Shown here: positions 7,331 to 17,920 of the stretch, in pieces
Position numbering within the stretch: the stretch's first letter is position 1
Layout: every line of letters begins with the position of its first letter
NCBI GenBank assembly: GCA_965232515.1
Contig: CBDDPY010000002.1
Coordinates: 2,784,001 to 2,848,000 of the forward strand
Direction: 5' to 3'
DNA: 64,000 bases
Source of the DNA: Alphaproteobacteria bacterium
GTDB lineage: Bacteria > Pseudomonadota > Alphaproteobacteria > GCA-2731375
Notes under the pieces: generated by a model
What the model was told of the DNA's origin: nothing
Seen by the model: the letters and a program-made list of their open reading frames with translations, nothing else
Database searches by the model: none
Made by a program: the position numbers and the translations under genes

Positions 7331-8302
7331 GTGGATGATCCTGAGGCGTTGAAACGCCGAACCGGAGAACGACCCATTACATCCGCCGTTGAGCGTACCG
7401 CCCCGTCGCAGGTGGCGGCATTGCGCGAGCCCGATAGCCGCGACGTGCTGATCGGCATCGGCTTCATGTGCCTGGCGGTCTGCGCACTGCCGGTCTTGAA
7501 CGCGTCCGCCAAGGTGCTGGTGCTGAGCTATCCGGTGGTGCAGGTGATCTGGGCCCGGTTCGCGGGCCACCTGCTTTACGTGCTGATCGCCTTTCTTCCG
7601 CGGCACGGCTGGCGCGTGTTCAAATCGCGCAGTCCGATCCGCCAGCTCGTGCGCTCGACGCTGTTGCTGGCCTCGACCGTGCTGTTCGTCAACGCCCTGC
7701 CCCATCTGCCGCTGGCGACGCTGTCGGCGATTACCTTCACGGCGCCCTTCATCGTCACCGCGCTGTCCGTGCCGATGCTGGGCGAACGCGTCGGCATCCG
7801 GCGCTGGTCGGCCGTTGCCGTCGGCTTTATCGGCGCGCTGATCATCATCCGGCCCGGCACCGAGTCGGCGCATTGGGCGATGCTGCTGGTGATCGGCAGC
7901 GCCAGTTGCTACGCCGTCTACCAGATCCTGACGCGACAGCTCGCCGCCGTCGACCGACCGGAGACCACCATGGTCTATACCGCAATCGTCGGCACCATCG
8001 GCATGAGCTTCGTCCTGCCGGCCCACCTGACCTGGCCGACGGAGACATCGCATTGGCTGCTGTTCGCCGGGCTTGGGCTGTTCGGCGGTCTCGGCCACAT
8101 CTTCGTGGTGAAGGCACTGCAATACGGGCCGGCGTCGGTGATCGCGCCGCTGGTCTATGCCGAGCTGCTGGGGGCAACGTTGCTGGGTTATGCGATCTTC
8201 GGCGATTTCCCTGATGCCATGACCCTGCTGGGCGCCGCCATTATCATCGCCTGCGGACTCTACATCGCCTATCGGGAAGGCGTCCGCCGCCGCGAAGGCT
8301 AA
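7331..8302 (+). CDS. DMT/EamA family transporter
   Basis: About 10 hydrophobic segments, LGERVGIRRWSAVAVGFIGALIIIRPG, ASVIAPLVY; start uncertain. Confidence 0.9.
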   Translation: MDDPEALKRRTGERPITSAVERTAPSQVAALREPDSRDVLIGIGFMCLAVCALPVLNASAKVLVLSYPVVQVIWARFAGHLLYVLIAFLPRHGWRVFKSRSPIRQLVRSTLLLASTVLFVNALPHLPLATLSAITFTAPFIVTALSVPMLGERVGIRRWSAVAVGFIGALIIIRPGTESAHWAMLLVIGSASCYAVYQILTRQLAAVDRPETTMVYTAIVGTIGMSFVLPAHLTWPTETSHWLLFAGLGLFGGLGHIFVVKALQYGPASVIAPLVYAELLGATLLGYAIFGDFPDAMTLLGAAIIIACGLYIAYREGVRRREG

Positions 8303-8796
8303 CCGTCGGCGTCCGGCGCCACCTGCTTGCCGTTCGCCGCGCCGAACAGCGCATCGATGGTCCGGCCGTTGCCGCTGAGCGGCAGGACGATGCTGCGGTA
8401 GCAGATCGTCGTCTTCCGCCGGCTGAGGTAGCGGCCGCCCCAGGACAGCGGCGCGCCGCTGTCCAGCACCTGTCGGCAATGGCTAAGACCGACACCCAAC
8501 AGGCAGTCGTCGGGAACGTCCGAGACCGAACGCCCGACGATATCGACGGCGCAATCGCCGATGACCGACGGGCCGACATCGGCGATCCGCAACTCGTTGC
8601 CGTCCATCGCATGCAGGACGAACCGGTGCGGCCAGGATCCGGGCAGGCTGTCGGGACTCATGTCGGTCAGTGCCGGGTAAGGCCGACTACCGCGCGCGCG
8701 CTGCCAATACCGGTAGAGCCGCGAGACCATGCGGTGCTCGCGCGGCACATGGGCGTCGGCGTCGAGATCGTATAATTGCGTCTGTTGGTCCATCAA
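8299..8796 (-). CDS. Stand-alone PAS_5-like domain protein
   Basis: LYRYWQRARGSRPYP at the start and YRSIVLPLSGNGRTIDALFG at the end, the typical alphaproteobacterial PAS_5 pattern. Confidence 0.75.
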   Translation of the reverse strand: MMDQQTQLYDLDADAHVPREHRMVSRLYRYWQRARGSRPYPALTDMSPDSLPGSWPHRFVLHAMDGNELRIADVGPSVIGDCAVDIVGRSVSDVPDDCLLGVGLSHCRQVLDSGAPLSWGGRYLSRRKTTICYRSIVLPLSGNGRTIDALFGAANGKQVAPDADG

Positions 8797-8853
8797 CGGA
8801 GCCGCAAGGCGGTTGCGCGGGCGGTGCTGGACCTGAACTTCGGCGCATTATGG

Positions 8854-8869
8854 CTAAGAACCGGTTAAC
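8854..8869. promoter_or_regulatory. Near-consensus CtrA-binding site
   Basis: CTAA-GAACCGG-TTAAC, one mismatch to TTAA-N7-TTAAC, about 60 nt upstream of the PAS gene. Confidence 0.5.
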
Positions 8870-8911
8870 GCGAGAAAACCCGGCATCATCACACACGCCG
8901 GCGGCTGGCCG

Positions 8912-10591
8912 TCAAAACAGCCCCTCGACCCGTCCTTCCGCGTCGATATGGATCGCTTCCGCCGCCGGCACGCGCGGCAGGCCGGGCATGGTCATGATCT
9001 CGCCGCAGATCACCACCAGGAACTCGGCACCGGCCGACAATCGCACCTCGCGGACCGGCACGACATGGTTCGTCGGCGCGCCCTTGAGGTTGGGGTCGGT
9101 CGAAAAGCTGTACTGCGTCTTGGCGATGCAGACCGGGAAATGGCCGAAGCCCTGCGCCTGCAGGTCGCGGAACTGATTGCGCACTTTCTGGTCGGCGATG
9201 ATATCGTCGGCGCCGTAGATGTTGCGCGCAATGGTGCGGGTCTTGTCCCACAGGCTCATATCGTCGGCATAGAGCGTGCGGAATTGCGACGTGCCGCTCT
9301 CGGCCAACTCGGCCACCCGGGTCGCCATGTCGGTGATGCCGGCGCCGCCACTGGCCCAGTGGTTGCACTCGAACGCCTCGACGCCGAATTCGGCGCAGTA
9401 GCGGCGCACGGCCTCCAGCTCGGCGTCGGTGTCGGCGGTAAAGCGGTTGATGGCGACGACGGCCGGGACGCCATACTGGCCGACGTTGCGCAGGTGCCGG
9501 CCGAGATTGTCGAGCCCGGCCTCGACCGCCGCGACATCCTCCTCGCCCAGCGCGTCGCGGGCGACGCCGCCATGCATCTTGAGCGCCCGAATGGTCGCCA
9601 CGACGACCGCGGCGTCCGGCGCCAGACCGGCCTTGCGGCACTTGATGTCGAAGAACTTCTCGGCGCCGAGGTCGGCCCCGAAACCGGCCTCGGTGACGAC
9701 GAAGTCGGCGAGCTTCAGCGCCGCCTTCGTGGCCATGACCGAGTTGCAGCCGTGCGCGATGTTGGCGAACGGGCCGCCATGGATAAAGGCGGGGCTGTTC
9801 TCCAGCGTCTGCACCAGGTTGGGCATCATCGCGTCCTTCAGCAGCACCGACATGGGACCGTCGGCCTTCAGGTCGCGGGCGTAGACCGGTTCGCGCTCGC
9901 GGGTGTAGCCGACGACGATGTTGCCCAGACGCCGGCGCAGGTCGGCGAGATCGGTCGCCAGGCAGAAGATCGCCATGACCTCGGAGGCGACGGTGATGTC
10001 GAAGCCGGATTCGCGTGGAAAGCCGTTCGCCACGCCGCCGAGATTGATCACAGATTGACGCAGCGCCCGGTCGTTCATGTCGACCACTCGCCGCCAGCTT
10101 ATCCGACGGGCGTCGATCTGCAGGCCGTTACCCCAATAGATGTGGTTGTCGAGCAGCGCGGCGAGCAGGTTGTGCGCGGCGCCGATGGCGTGGAAGTCGC
10201 CGGTGAAGTGCAGATTGATGTCTTCCATCGGCACGACCTGGGCGTAGCCGCCGCCGGCCGCGCCACCCTTCACGCCGAAGCACGGTCCCAGGCTGGGCTC
10301 GCGCAGGCAGATCGCCGCCGCCTTGCCGATCTTGTTCAAACCGTCGCCCAGACCGACCGTCGTGGTGGTCTTGCCTTCGCCCGCCGGCGTCGGCGTGATC
10401 GCGGTGACCAGGATCAGCTTGCCGTCGGGCCGGTCGTTGAGCGCGGCGATATAATCGAGATCGACCTTGGCCTTGTGGGGGCCGTAGCGGAACAGATGTC
10501 CGCCCGGAATGTCGAGGCGCCCGGCAACCTGCTCGATGGGCTGCATTTCGGCTTCGCGGGCAATTTCGATATCTGTCTTTACGTCCGCCAT
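8912..10591 (-). CDS. fhs: Formate--tetrahydrofolate ligase
   Basis: [64 protein letters not shown]. Confidence 0.97.
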   Translation of the reverse strand: MADVKTDIEIAREAEMQPIEQVAGRLDIPGGHLFRYGPHKAKVDLDYIAALNDRPDGKLILVTAITPTPAGEGKTTTTVGLGDGLNKIGKAAAICLREPSLGPCFGVKGGAAGGGYAQVVPMEDINLHFTGDFHAIGAAHNLLAALLDNHIYWGNGLQIDARRISWRRVVDMNDRALRQSVINLGGVANGFPRESGFDITVASEVMAIFCLATDLADLRRRLGNIVVGYTREREPVYARDLKADGPMSVLLKDAMMPNLVQTLENSPAFIHGGPFANIAHGCNSVMATKAALKLADFVVTEAGFGADLGAEKFFDIKCRKAGLAPDAAVVVATIRALKMHGGVARDALGEEDVAAVEAGLDNLGRHLRNVGQYGVPAVVAINRFTADTDAELEAVRRYCAEFGVEAFECNHWASGGAGITDMATRVAELAESGTSQFRTLYADDMSLWDKTRTIARNIYGADDIIADQKVRNQFRDLQAQGFGHFPVCIAKTQYSFSTDPNLKGAPTNHVVPVREVRLSAGAEFLVVICGEIMTMPGLPRVPAAEAIHIDAEGRVEGLF

Positions 10592-10619
10592 GGCGTGCTC
10601 CCGTCTTTTGTCTGGAGGC

Positions 10620-11321
10620 CTAGGTTGTAACCAGGTCGAGGACGGCGTTTCGGCCGATTGGCCCGCCGCCGAACTCATTGGCCGCGTCCATCAGGCAGCC
10701 CCAGAGATAATCGGCCGACGCCCAATCGAACAGCAGGTGAAAGCCAGGCACGTCGCCGAGATCGGCGCGAATCACGATTCCGTTGATCCGCGCGACCGAG
10801 GTCTGGGCGACCGCGTCTTCGGCAAACTTGTGCGCGCGCAGATCGACGGCGCAAAGCTTGGCAAACATCTCCACGGCACGCGCGCCGGTAATCAACAGCC
10901 AGGCATGACTGTCGCTGCGGGGCAGCGAATAAACGCCATCGGCCGTATCCATCGACCAGGCCGACATCAGGCGGGCGCAGAGATCGCCGGCAGCCGGCAA
11001 ATCGGACAGCAGCAGATGCTCTTCCACGCTGAGCCGCGCCAGGACCGCGCCGTCGTCCAACCGTCGGGCCAGGTTCGGCGCCGACGGCAGCGTCAGGCCC
11101 TGCAGCTCAAGCCACCCCGGCGCTTCGCGCCCCTTGAATCCGATACGCGGCAGGACGCTCAGATCCGCCAGTCCGAGCGTTCTCGCCCGGGATGTCTCGT
11201 CGGCGCCGTCGAACGACATCGGGATGCAGCCGCCGGCGACGGCCGTCCATTCCGCGCCGGCCGAGGTCAGTACGCGGTGCAGCGGCGACCGCCGGGCGAA
11301 ATCGGCCGGATTGCTCGCCAT
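10620..11321 (-). CDS. mgdD: Heterotetrameric sarcosine oxidase-like gamma subunit (MgdD type)
   Basis: [38 protein letters not shown]; last gene of a beta-delta-alpha-gamma set; ATG at 11321. Confidence 0.75.
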   Translation of the reverse strand: MASNPADFARRSPLHRVLTSAGAEWTAVAGGCIPMSFDGADETSRARTLGLADLSVLPRIGFKGREAPGWLELQGLTLPSAPNLARRLDDGAVLARLSVEEHLLLSDLPAAGDLCARLMSAWSMDTADGVYSLPRSDSHAWLLITGARAVEMFAKLCAVDLRAHKFAEDAVAQTSVARINGIVIRADLGDVPGFHLLFDWASADYLWGCLMDAANEFGGGPIGRNAVLDLVTT

Positions 11322-11323
11322 GG

Positions 11324-14227
11324 TCAAAGCGCTTGCCGATTGTTGTCGGGGTCGTAGAACGGCAACGGCACGACCTCGGCCTCGAACATGCGGCCGCCGG
11401 GGCCCTTGATCTGAAAGCGGGATCCGTTTTCGGTCTGGTCCGGCGCCACATAGGCGAGGCCGATGACCCGCCCCAGCATCGCCGACCGGGCGATGGAGGT
11501 GACCCGCCCGACGATGTCGCCGTCGCGGATCACCAAATGGCATTCGCTCGGCAACGGCTCGGCCGTATCGTCCAACGTAAAGCCGACCAGAGACCGGGCC
11601 AGGCCCTTGGCCTCGTGGATCTCGATCGCCCGCTTGCCGACAAAGTAAGGTTTCTTGCGGCTGATCGCCCAGGCCATCGCCGCCTCCGGCGGCGTCGTCA
11701 GGCCGTCGGTGTCCTGGCCAACGATGATGTGTCCCTTCTCCAGCCGCAGCACCCGCTGCGCCTCGACGCCGAACGGCACGATGCCGAAGCCCTTGCCGGC
11801 GGCCCGCAACGCGTCCCACAAGGCCTCGCCCAGACTGGCGCCGACATGGATCTCATAGCCGAGCTCGCCGACGAAACCGACCCGCAGGATGCGCGCCGGC
11901 AGACCGGCGACGATACCCTGCCGGACACCCATATACGGAAACGCCTCGGCCGACAGATCGACGTCGTCGCAAATCGTCTGCAGGACCCGGCGGGCATTGG
12001 GACCCGCGATATTGACGCCGGCATAGGCGGCGGTGACGTTCGCGACGTCGACGTCAAGCCGCCATTGCGCGTTGTGCCAAAGCATCTGGCGGTAGACGCC
12101 GTCGACGCCGCCGGTGGTCGCCGTGACATAGAAATGCCGGTCGTGGAAGCGGCAGGCGACGCCGTCATCGACCACGACACCGGTTCGGTCGGTCATCAGA
12201 ACATAACGCGCGCGGCCGACCGGCTGTTTCAGATAGCCGAAGGTGTACATGCGGTTCAGGAACTCGGCCGCGTCGGGCCCGCGCACGTCGAGGCCGCCGA
12301 GCGTCGAGACATCGATCAGGCCGACATTCTCGCGCACGTTCGCGACCTCGCGGTCGATGCAGGCCGGCCCGTCCTGCCTGGCCCCGTACCAGGCCGGACG
12401 CAGCCAGGCGCCGGCGACCATCATGTGGGCACCGGCGTCGACATGCCGGTGGTGCATGGCCGTGTGGCGTACGGGATGGAAGCCCCGGCCGGCCAGATGG
12501 CCGAATTTTTCGGCCGCGAAGGGTGGTCGCGCCGTGGTGACGCCGATCTCGGACATCGGCCGGCCGGTTTCCTCGGCGACCAGGCGCGCCGTGTTCAGCG
12601 CCGCCGTGCGACCCTGGCTGGGCCCCATGCCGACGGTCGAATAGCGCTTCAACAGCTCGATATGCTCGAAACCGTCAGCCACGCCGTTGCGCAGATCGGC
12701 GACGGTCAGGTCTTCATCGAAGTCGACGAAGTCCTTGCCCTTGCGGTGGCGGAAGATCGGAAAGTCGAAACAGACGTCAGGTGACGCGGCGGGTTCGAGC
12801 GCCGGCGGTACTTCGGCGGCGAAGCCGGCATCCACCGCCGCCTGAGCGCCGGCGCGACGGCCGTCGGCCAGCACCACATCGAGGTCGTAACAGCCGTTGA
12901 CCGAACCGGCCGCGCAGAGATGCGCCGGCACGTCCTCGATCCGGAAGGTATCGGCCTCGGCGTCGAAGCCGGCCCGCGCGCCCGCGTGCAGCAGCAGTTG
13001 CGCCGTCGGCGCGTAGCCGACGCTGAGGCAGAGCAGATCGCAGCGGATAACTTCCTTGGTCTCGGCCCACTCGCCGCGTCCGACGATCGCCGCCAGCTTG
13101 ACGCCGGCCAGGTGATTGCGGTCGGGCCGGGTGCCGGCCTCGCAAACCGTGAGGCCATCGCCGATCCGGATCAGACGATCCCGAACCTCGGCACGCAGCG
13201 GGCACTCCGGTGGCTCCGGCCGCAAATCGAGAACGCCGGACAACTCGACGCCGGCGTCGTCCAGGTCAAGCGCGACGCCGTAGCCATCGCTGTTCGCCGT
13301 AACGACCAGCGCGCGGTTGCCGGGCTTGACGCCATAGAGCCGGATCAGGCGCTGCGCCGCCGATCCCATGACGATGCCGGGCAGGTCGTTGTTGCGGAAC
13401 ACCATCGGCTGCTCGATCGAGCCGGTGGCGGCGACCACCGACGTCGCCCGCAGCTTGGTCATGCGGTTGCCGTGGATCAAAGGCAGCCAGTTGTCGGCGA
13501 ACCAGCCATTCGCCGTCGTCGATGTCATCACGCGGATGTTGCGTTCGGACGCGACGGCGTGGCTCAGTTCCGCGCATTGCTTGCCGGCGCGGCTGCCGTC
13601 GACGTCGAACCGGGCATAGCCGAGACTGCCGCCGAGCGTCGCGTTCTCGTCGATCAGGACGACTTCGGCGCCGGCCCGCGCGGCGTCCAGCGCGGCGCTC
13701 ATGCCGGCGGGGCCGCCGCCAATCACGGCGACATCGGCGAAGGCATAGGCCTTGTCGTAGTAGCCCGCCGGCGCCGCCGGATTGATGCGCCCCAGGCCAG
13801 CGGCGCGGCGGATCAGCTTTTCCCAATGGCGCCAGGCGCCCTTGGGCCGGAAAAATGCCTTGTAGTAGAAGCCGACCGGCAGGAAGCGCGCGACGCTTTC
13901 GATCATCCGGCCACGGTCGCGGGTCAGGCTGCCGAGATAATTTTGCCCGCGGGCTTCGAGGCCCTCATAGATCGGTTGGCGGTCGGCGAGCACGCTGGCC
14001 TCGTCGCCGATCTGCACCAGCGTGTTGGCGTCCTGGCCCGCCATCGTCAGCGGCCCGCGCGGCCGGTGGTACTTGAACGACCGCGACAGCAGCCAGACCC
14101 CGTTCGCCGCCAGGGCCGAGGCCAGAGTGTCGCCCGCGAAGCCCTCGTAGCTCTTGCCCTCGAAGCGGAACGAGATTGGCTCGGTCCGGTCGATGGCCGT
14201 GCCGTAGGCGTCGCCCAGTCGGCTCAT
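11324..14227 (-). CDS. mgdC: Sarcosine oxidase-like alpha subunit (MgdC type) with GcvT-like folate-binding C-terminus
   Basis: GDTLASALAANG, SRSFKYHRPRG, IGGGPAG, KRYSTVGMGPSQG, DVSTLG, LRLEKG, PFYDP; ATG at 14227. Confidence 0.85.
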   Translation of the reverse strand: MSRLGDAYGTAIDRTEPISFRFEGKSYEGFAGDTLASALAANGVWLLSRSFKYHRPRGPLTMAGQDANTLVQIGDEASVLADRQPIYEGLEARGQNYLGSLTRDRGRMIESVARFLPVGFYYKAFFRPKGAWRHWEKLIRRAAGLGRINPAAPAGYYDKAYAFADVAVIGGGPAGMSAALDAARAGAEVVLIDENATLGGSLGYARFDVDGSRAGKQCAELSHAVASERNIRVMTSTTANGWFADNWLPLIHGNRMTKLRATSVVAATGSIEQPMVFRNNDLPGIVMGSAAQRLIRLYGVKPGNRALVVTANSDGYGVALDLDDAGVELSGVLDLRPEPPECPLRAEVRDRLIRIGDGLTVCEAGTRPDRNHLAGVKLAAIVGRGEWAETKEVIRCDLLCLSVGYAPTAQLLLHAGARAGFDAEADTFRIEDVPAHLCAAGSVNGCYDLDVVLADGRRAGAQAAVDAGFAAEVPPALEPAASPDVCFDFPIFRHRKGKDFVDFDEDLTVADLRNGVADGFEHIELLKRYSTVGMGPSQGRTAALNTARLVAEETGRPMSEIGVTTARPPFAAEKFGHLAGRGFHPVRHTAMHHRHVDAGAHMMVAGAWLRPAWYGARQDGPACIDREVANVRENVGLIDVSTLGGLDVRGPDAAEFLNRMYTFGYLKQPVGRARYVLMTDRTGVVVDDGVACRFHDRHFYVTATTGGVDGVYRQMLWHNAQWRLDVDVANVTAAYAGVNIAGPNARRVLQTICDDVDLSAEAFPYMGVRQGIVAGLPARILRVGFVGELGYEIHVGASLGEALWDALRAAGKGFGIVPFGVEAQRVLRLEKGHIIVGQDTDGLTTPPEAAMAWAISRKKPYFVGKRAIEIHEAKGLARSLVGFTLDDTAEPLPSECHLVIRDGDIVGRVTSIARSAMLGRVIGLAYVAPDQTENGSRFQIKGPGGRMFEAEVVPLPFYDPDNNRQAL

Positions 14228-14505
14228 TCGCCATAGTCCTTGCGGCCGACGAAGAACTCGCTCGAGGGATAGGTGCGCAGGATCTCGTCCGTGCGGGTAT
14301 CGCGCTCGGCGATGAACCAGAAGGACGTCGGCACGTGGAACCACCATTCGCGGACGACGCCGGCGGCGTTGTCGTGCAGGAACAGATAGTCCGCCCACGC
14401 GCCCTCATCGGCGGTCGCGGGATCCGGTTCGTGGACCACTTCGCCGCCGCAGACGAACTCCGAGATGTTTCGGGGGCCGTTCAATGGGCAGCGCATGGTC
14501 TTCAT
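14224..14505 (-). CDS. mgdB: Sarcosine oxidase-like delta subunit (MgdB type)
   Basis: MKTMRCPLNGPRNISEF...EWWFH...ERDTRTDEI; C-terminal part of ORF 14224..15300. Confidence 0.85.
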   Translation of the reverse strand: MKTMRCPLNGPRNISEFVCGGEVVHEPDPATADEGAWADYLFLHDNAAGVVREWWFHVPTSFWFIAERDTRTDEILRTYPSSEFFVGRKDYGE

Positions 14506-14516
14506 CGCGACCGCCT

Positions 14517-15758
14517 TTAATGCCCGACCGACGCCGCGCCCTTTTCGCCCAACTGGACGAAATCCTGAAAGCGCGTCAGACGGAAGGGTTCGAGCATCTC
14601 CGGCACGTTGCCGTTGGCGACGGTCTCGGCCATACGCTTGCCGCAGACCGGCGTCGCCTTGAAACCCCAGGTGCCCCAGCCGGCGTCGATGAAATAGTTC
14701 TCGACCGGCGTCAGGCCCATGACCGGCGCGAAGTCGGGCGTCATGTCCGCCATGCCTGCCCATTGCCGCAGCACTTTGGCCTCGGACAGGAACGGGAACA
14801 GCTCCAGCATGTCGGCCATCAGGGTTTCCTTGAACTCCAGCGTCGACCGGGTGCTGTAGAGCGAATAGGGGTCGGTGGCGCCGCCCATGACAAGCTCTCC
14901 GCGCGGAGTCTGCGAGACGTAGACATGCAGGCTGCCGGAAACGATGACCGGATCGAGAAACGGCTTCAGTGGCTGCGACACGCAGGCCTGGAGCGGGATC
15001 GTCCGGATCGGCAGCTTGAAGCCCGCCATCGCCGCCAACAGGGAACTGGAACCGGCCACGGCCTGCACGACACGGTCGGCGGCCACCGGACCGCGCGTGG
15101 TCTCGACGCCCGTCACGCGCCCATTGCTTTGCCGGATGCCCGTCACTTCGGTGCGCTGGTGGATCTCGACGCCCTGGTTCGCGGCTTCCCGGGCATAGGC
15201 CCAGGCGACCGCGTCGTGGCGGGCGATCGCGCCCGGCGCGTGATAGAGCGCGCCCAGGATCGGATAGCGCACGTCGTCCGACAGGTTCAGCGGCAGGCAA
15301 AGCCGGGCGATGTCGTCCGGGAAGATCAACTCGGAATCGACGCCCAGATGCTTGTTGACCTCGGCCCGCCAGCGCATGGTCCGGAGCGCCGCGTCGGTGT
15401 GCGCGAGCGTCAGATGCCCGCGCTCCGAATAAAGGATGTTGTAGTCGAGGTCATTCGAGAAGGTCTGGAACAGCCGGACCGATTCGTCATAGAAGCGGAC
15501 GCCCTCGGGCGTCAGATAATTCGACCGGATAATCGCGGTGTTGCGCGCCGTGTTGCCGCCGGCCAGGTAACCCTTGTCGAGCACGCAGACATCGGTGATG
15601 CCCCAGTCCCGAGCCAGATAGTAGGCCGTCGCCAGGCCATGGCCGCCGGCGCCGATCACGACGACGTCGTAGGCGGATTTCAGGTCCTTTTCGGCCGGAA
15701 ACTGCCGCCGGGCCGGGTAGCGCGGCAGAAATCCGTATTTCAGCAGGCCGAAGGGCAT
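14517..15758 (-). CDS. mgdA: Sarcosine oxidase-like beta subunit, probable N-methylglutamate dehydrogenase MgdA
   Basis: MPFGLLKYG start, IGAGGHGLATAYYL, GGNTARNTAIIRSNYL, GWGTWGFKATP, EKGAASVGH. Confidence 0.8.
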   Translation of the reverse strand: MPFGLLKYGFLPRYPARRQFPAEKDLKSAYDVVVIGAGGHGLATAYYLARDWGITDVCVLDKGYLAGGNTARNTAIIRSNYLTPEGVRFYDESVRLFQTFSNDLDYNILYSERGHLTLAHTDAALRTMRWRAEVNKHLGVDSELIFPDDIARLCLPLNLSDDVRYPILGALYHAPGAIARHDAVAWAYAREAANQGVEIHQRTEVTGIRQSNGRVTGVETTRGPVAADRVVQAVAGSSSLLAAMAGFKLPIRTIPLQACVSQPLKPFLDPVIVSGSLHVYVSQTPRGELVMGGATDPYSLYSTRSTLEFKETLMADMLELFPFLSEAKVLRQWAGMADMTPDFAPVMGLTPVENYFIDAGWGTWGFKATPVCGKRMAETVANGNVPEMLEPFRLTRFQDFVQLGEKGAASVGH

Positions 15759-16052
15759 GGGCGGGGACCGTCGTGTGACGTCATGGTGACAACATATCCA
15801 GCGACTATCACGGCAGAAAACTGCATTTCTGTCGATAGAGCGTCGCATTCTTGCGATTTTGCGCCGCAAGTCATTGACAAAGAAGGCATTTGCGAAATCG
15901 AGCGTGCGCATCAAGGTAAAAGAACAAATCAGGAAAACCGTCGCGATTCAGAGTGTATTAGGATTGGCATGCGATGGTTGAGTTACTGCGGCAATCGCCC
16001 CGGCATACGTGATAATCAACTTTTTGTTGTATTTATCGCGGTTTTTACGAAC

Positions 16053-16583
16053 ATGACTTTTTACGACGACAGCATCTCGCAGGGCACCGAGGACGAACGC
16101 CTGCCGCTCTCGGCGTTGAAGGACGAGAGCATGCAGGCCGTGCTCGCCTATTGGGAAGCGAAGCGCGGCGACAGCGTCATGCCGCCCCGCGCCGCGATCA
16201 GACCCGAGGAAATCGGCGGGGCGCTCGGCCGCGTGAATCTGATCGAAGTGACGCATGAGCCGCTCCGCTTCCGGTTCCGGCTGATCGGCACGCACGTGGT
16301 GCAATCGTTCGGCCTTGACCCGACGGGTCTGACCGTCGAAGAGCTGTCACCGCCCGATTATGCCGAACTGCTGATCCGCCACTTTACCGAGGCCGTGGCG
16401 GCGCGGGAGCCGCTGCTGCACGTCATGCGATTTCTGGAAATTCGCCAGGCCCACGAAATGCACCGGCTGAGCCTGCCGTTGTCGGACGATGGCGGCAACG
16501 TCGACATGCTGATGACGGTGTCAGGCTTCGGTCCCGAACTGCAGCGCTTCCGCGAGCGGCAACGCGCGGCCGGCGAAATTTGA
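16053..16583 (+). CDS. Stand-alone PAS_5-like domain protein
   Basis: LAYWEAKRGDSVMPPRAAIRP, LRFRFRLIGT, HRLSLPLSDDGGNVDMLM; real part of ORF 14484..16583. Confidence 0.82.
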   Translation: MTFYDDSISQGTEDERLPLSALKDESMQAVLAYWEAKRGDSVMPPRAAIRPEEIGGALGRVNLIEVTHEPLRFRFRLIGTHVVQSFGLDPTGLTVEELSPPDYAELLIRHFTEAVAAREPLLHVMRFLEIRQAHEMHRLSLPLSDDGGNVDMLMTVSGFGPELQRFRERQRAAGEI

Positions 16584-16624
16584 GACCATCGGCCATAAAG
16601 GCCGTATCCCGAGCGTTGGGATAA

Positions 16625-17866
16625 TCAGCTTTGATCGCGCCCGGTGATCAACCGGGCCCCCCGTTCAAACTTCAGATAGGCCCAGAACCAGTTGATCGCG
16701 ACGATCAATCGGCTGCGCATGCCGATCAGAAAATAGATGTGGGCAAAGCCCCACAGCCACCAGGCCAGCCAGCCCCGCAACCGCAGGAACCGGTAGTGGA
16801 TGACAGCGGATGTCCGGCCGATGGTGGCGAGGCTGCCGCGGTCGCGATACCGGAACGGCGGCGACGCGGGCCGCCCGGCCACGCGGGCGGCGATCAGGCG
16901 GCCGACATAACTGCCCTGCTGTTTCGCCACCGGCGCGATACCCGGCAACGCGTCGCCCGAGGCGAGCGCCGCCGTGTCGCCGATGACAAAGATCTCGTCG
17001 TGCGACGGTACCGACAGATCTGGCCGGACCAGCACGCGGCCGACCCGATCGGCGTCGGCGTGCAACCAGGCCGCCGCCGGCGAGGCCGCGACGCCAGCGG
17101 CCCAGAGCACGGTTTCGGCCGGAATCCGCTCACCGTCGACTTCCACGCCGAACTCGTCGCACAAACCGACGGGCGCGCCGAAGCGGAGCTCGACGCCGAG
17201 CCGCTCGAGCGATCTGGCGGCGAAGGCCGACAGCGATCCCGGAAACGCGGCCAGAACGCGGTCGCCGGCCTCCACCAGGACAACGCGCGCCTGGCGCGGA
17301 TCGATGTTGCGGAAATCGGCGGCCAACGCCTTGTTGGCCAGTTCGGCGATCGCGCCGGCAAGCTCGACGCCGGTCGGCCCGGCGCCGACGATGACGAAGG
17401 TCAATAGCCGTTGCCGTTCGGCCTCGTCCGCCGTCGTCTCCGCCCGCTCGAACGCCAGCAAAATGCGGCGCCGAATGGCGGTGGCGTCCTCGATGCGTTT
17501 CAGACCCGGCGCGAACGCGGCCCATTCATCATGTCCGAAATAGGCATGCTGGGCGCCGGTGGCGAGGACGAGAAAATCGTAGGGCTCGCGCCGCCCGTCG
17601 AACAGGACGTCGCGGGCCGCCGTGTCGACGCCGTCGACCTCGCCCAGCAGGACCCGGCAGTTCCGTTGCCCCCTGACCAGCCGCCGGATCGGCCAGGCGA
17701 TGTCGGCGGGCGACAGACCGGCCGTCGCGACCTGGTAGAGCAACGGCTGAAACAGATGATAGTTGCGACGATCGATGATGGTCAGCTCGACATCGGCGCG
17801 CGCCAGCGCGGCGGCAACCGACAGGCCGCCAAACCCGGCGCCGACCACGACCACCTTCGCCGTCAT
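16625..17866 (-). CDS. ndh: Type II NADH:quinone oxidoreductase
   Basis: VVGAGFGG, HLFQPLLYQVAT, VGAGPTGVELAG, WAAGV, APVAKQQG. Confidence 0.92.
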   Translation of the reverse strand: MTAKVVVVGAGFGGLSVAAALARADVELTIIDRRNYHLFQPLLYQVATAGLSPADIAWPIRRLVRGQRNCRVLLGEVDGVDTAARDVLFDGRREPYDFLVLATGAQHAYFGHDEWAAFAPGLKRIEDATAIRRRILLAFERAETTADEAERQRLLTFVIVGAGPTGVELAGAIAELANKALAADFRNIDPRQARVVLVEAGDRVLAAFPGSLSAFAARSLERLGVELRFGAPVGLCDEFGVEVDGERIPAETVLWAAGVAASPAAAWLHADADRVGRVLVRPDLSVPSHDEIFVIGDTAALASGDALPGIAPVAKQQGSYVGRLIAARVAGRPASPPFRYRDRGSLATIGRTSAVIHYRFLRLRGWLAWWLWGFAHIYFLIGMRSRLIVAINWFWAYLKFERGARLITGRDQS

Positions 17867-17920
17867 CCGACACCCACAGGCAGCTTCACCCGGTTCCGCC
17901 CCCGGCGCGCCGCCTGCCCG

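Noticed and set aside
14484-16052. N-terminal part of the 699-aa ORF, suggesting a large PAS fusion
   Set aside because: It is antisense to mgdA; only the part from ATG 16053 looks like a real protein
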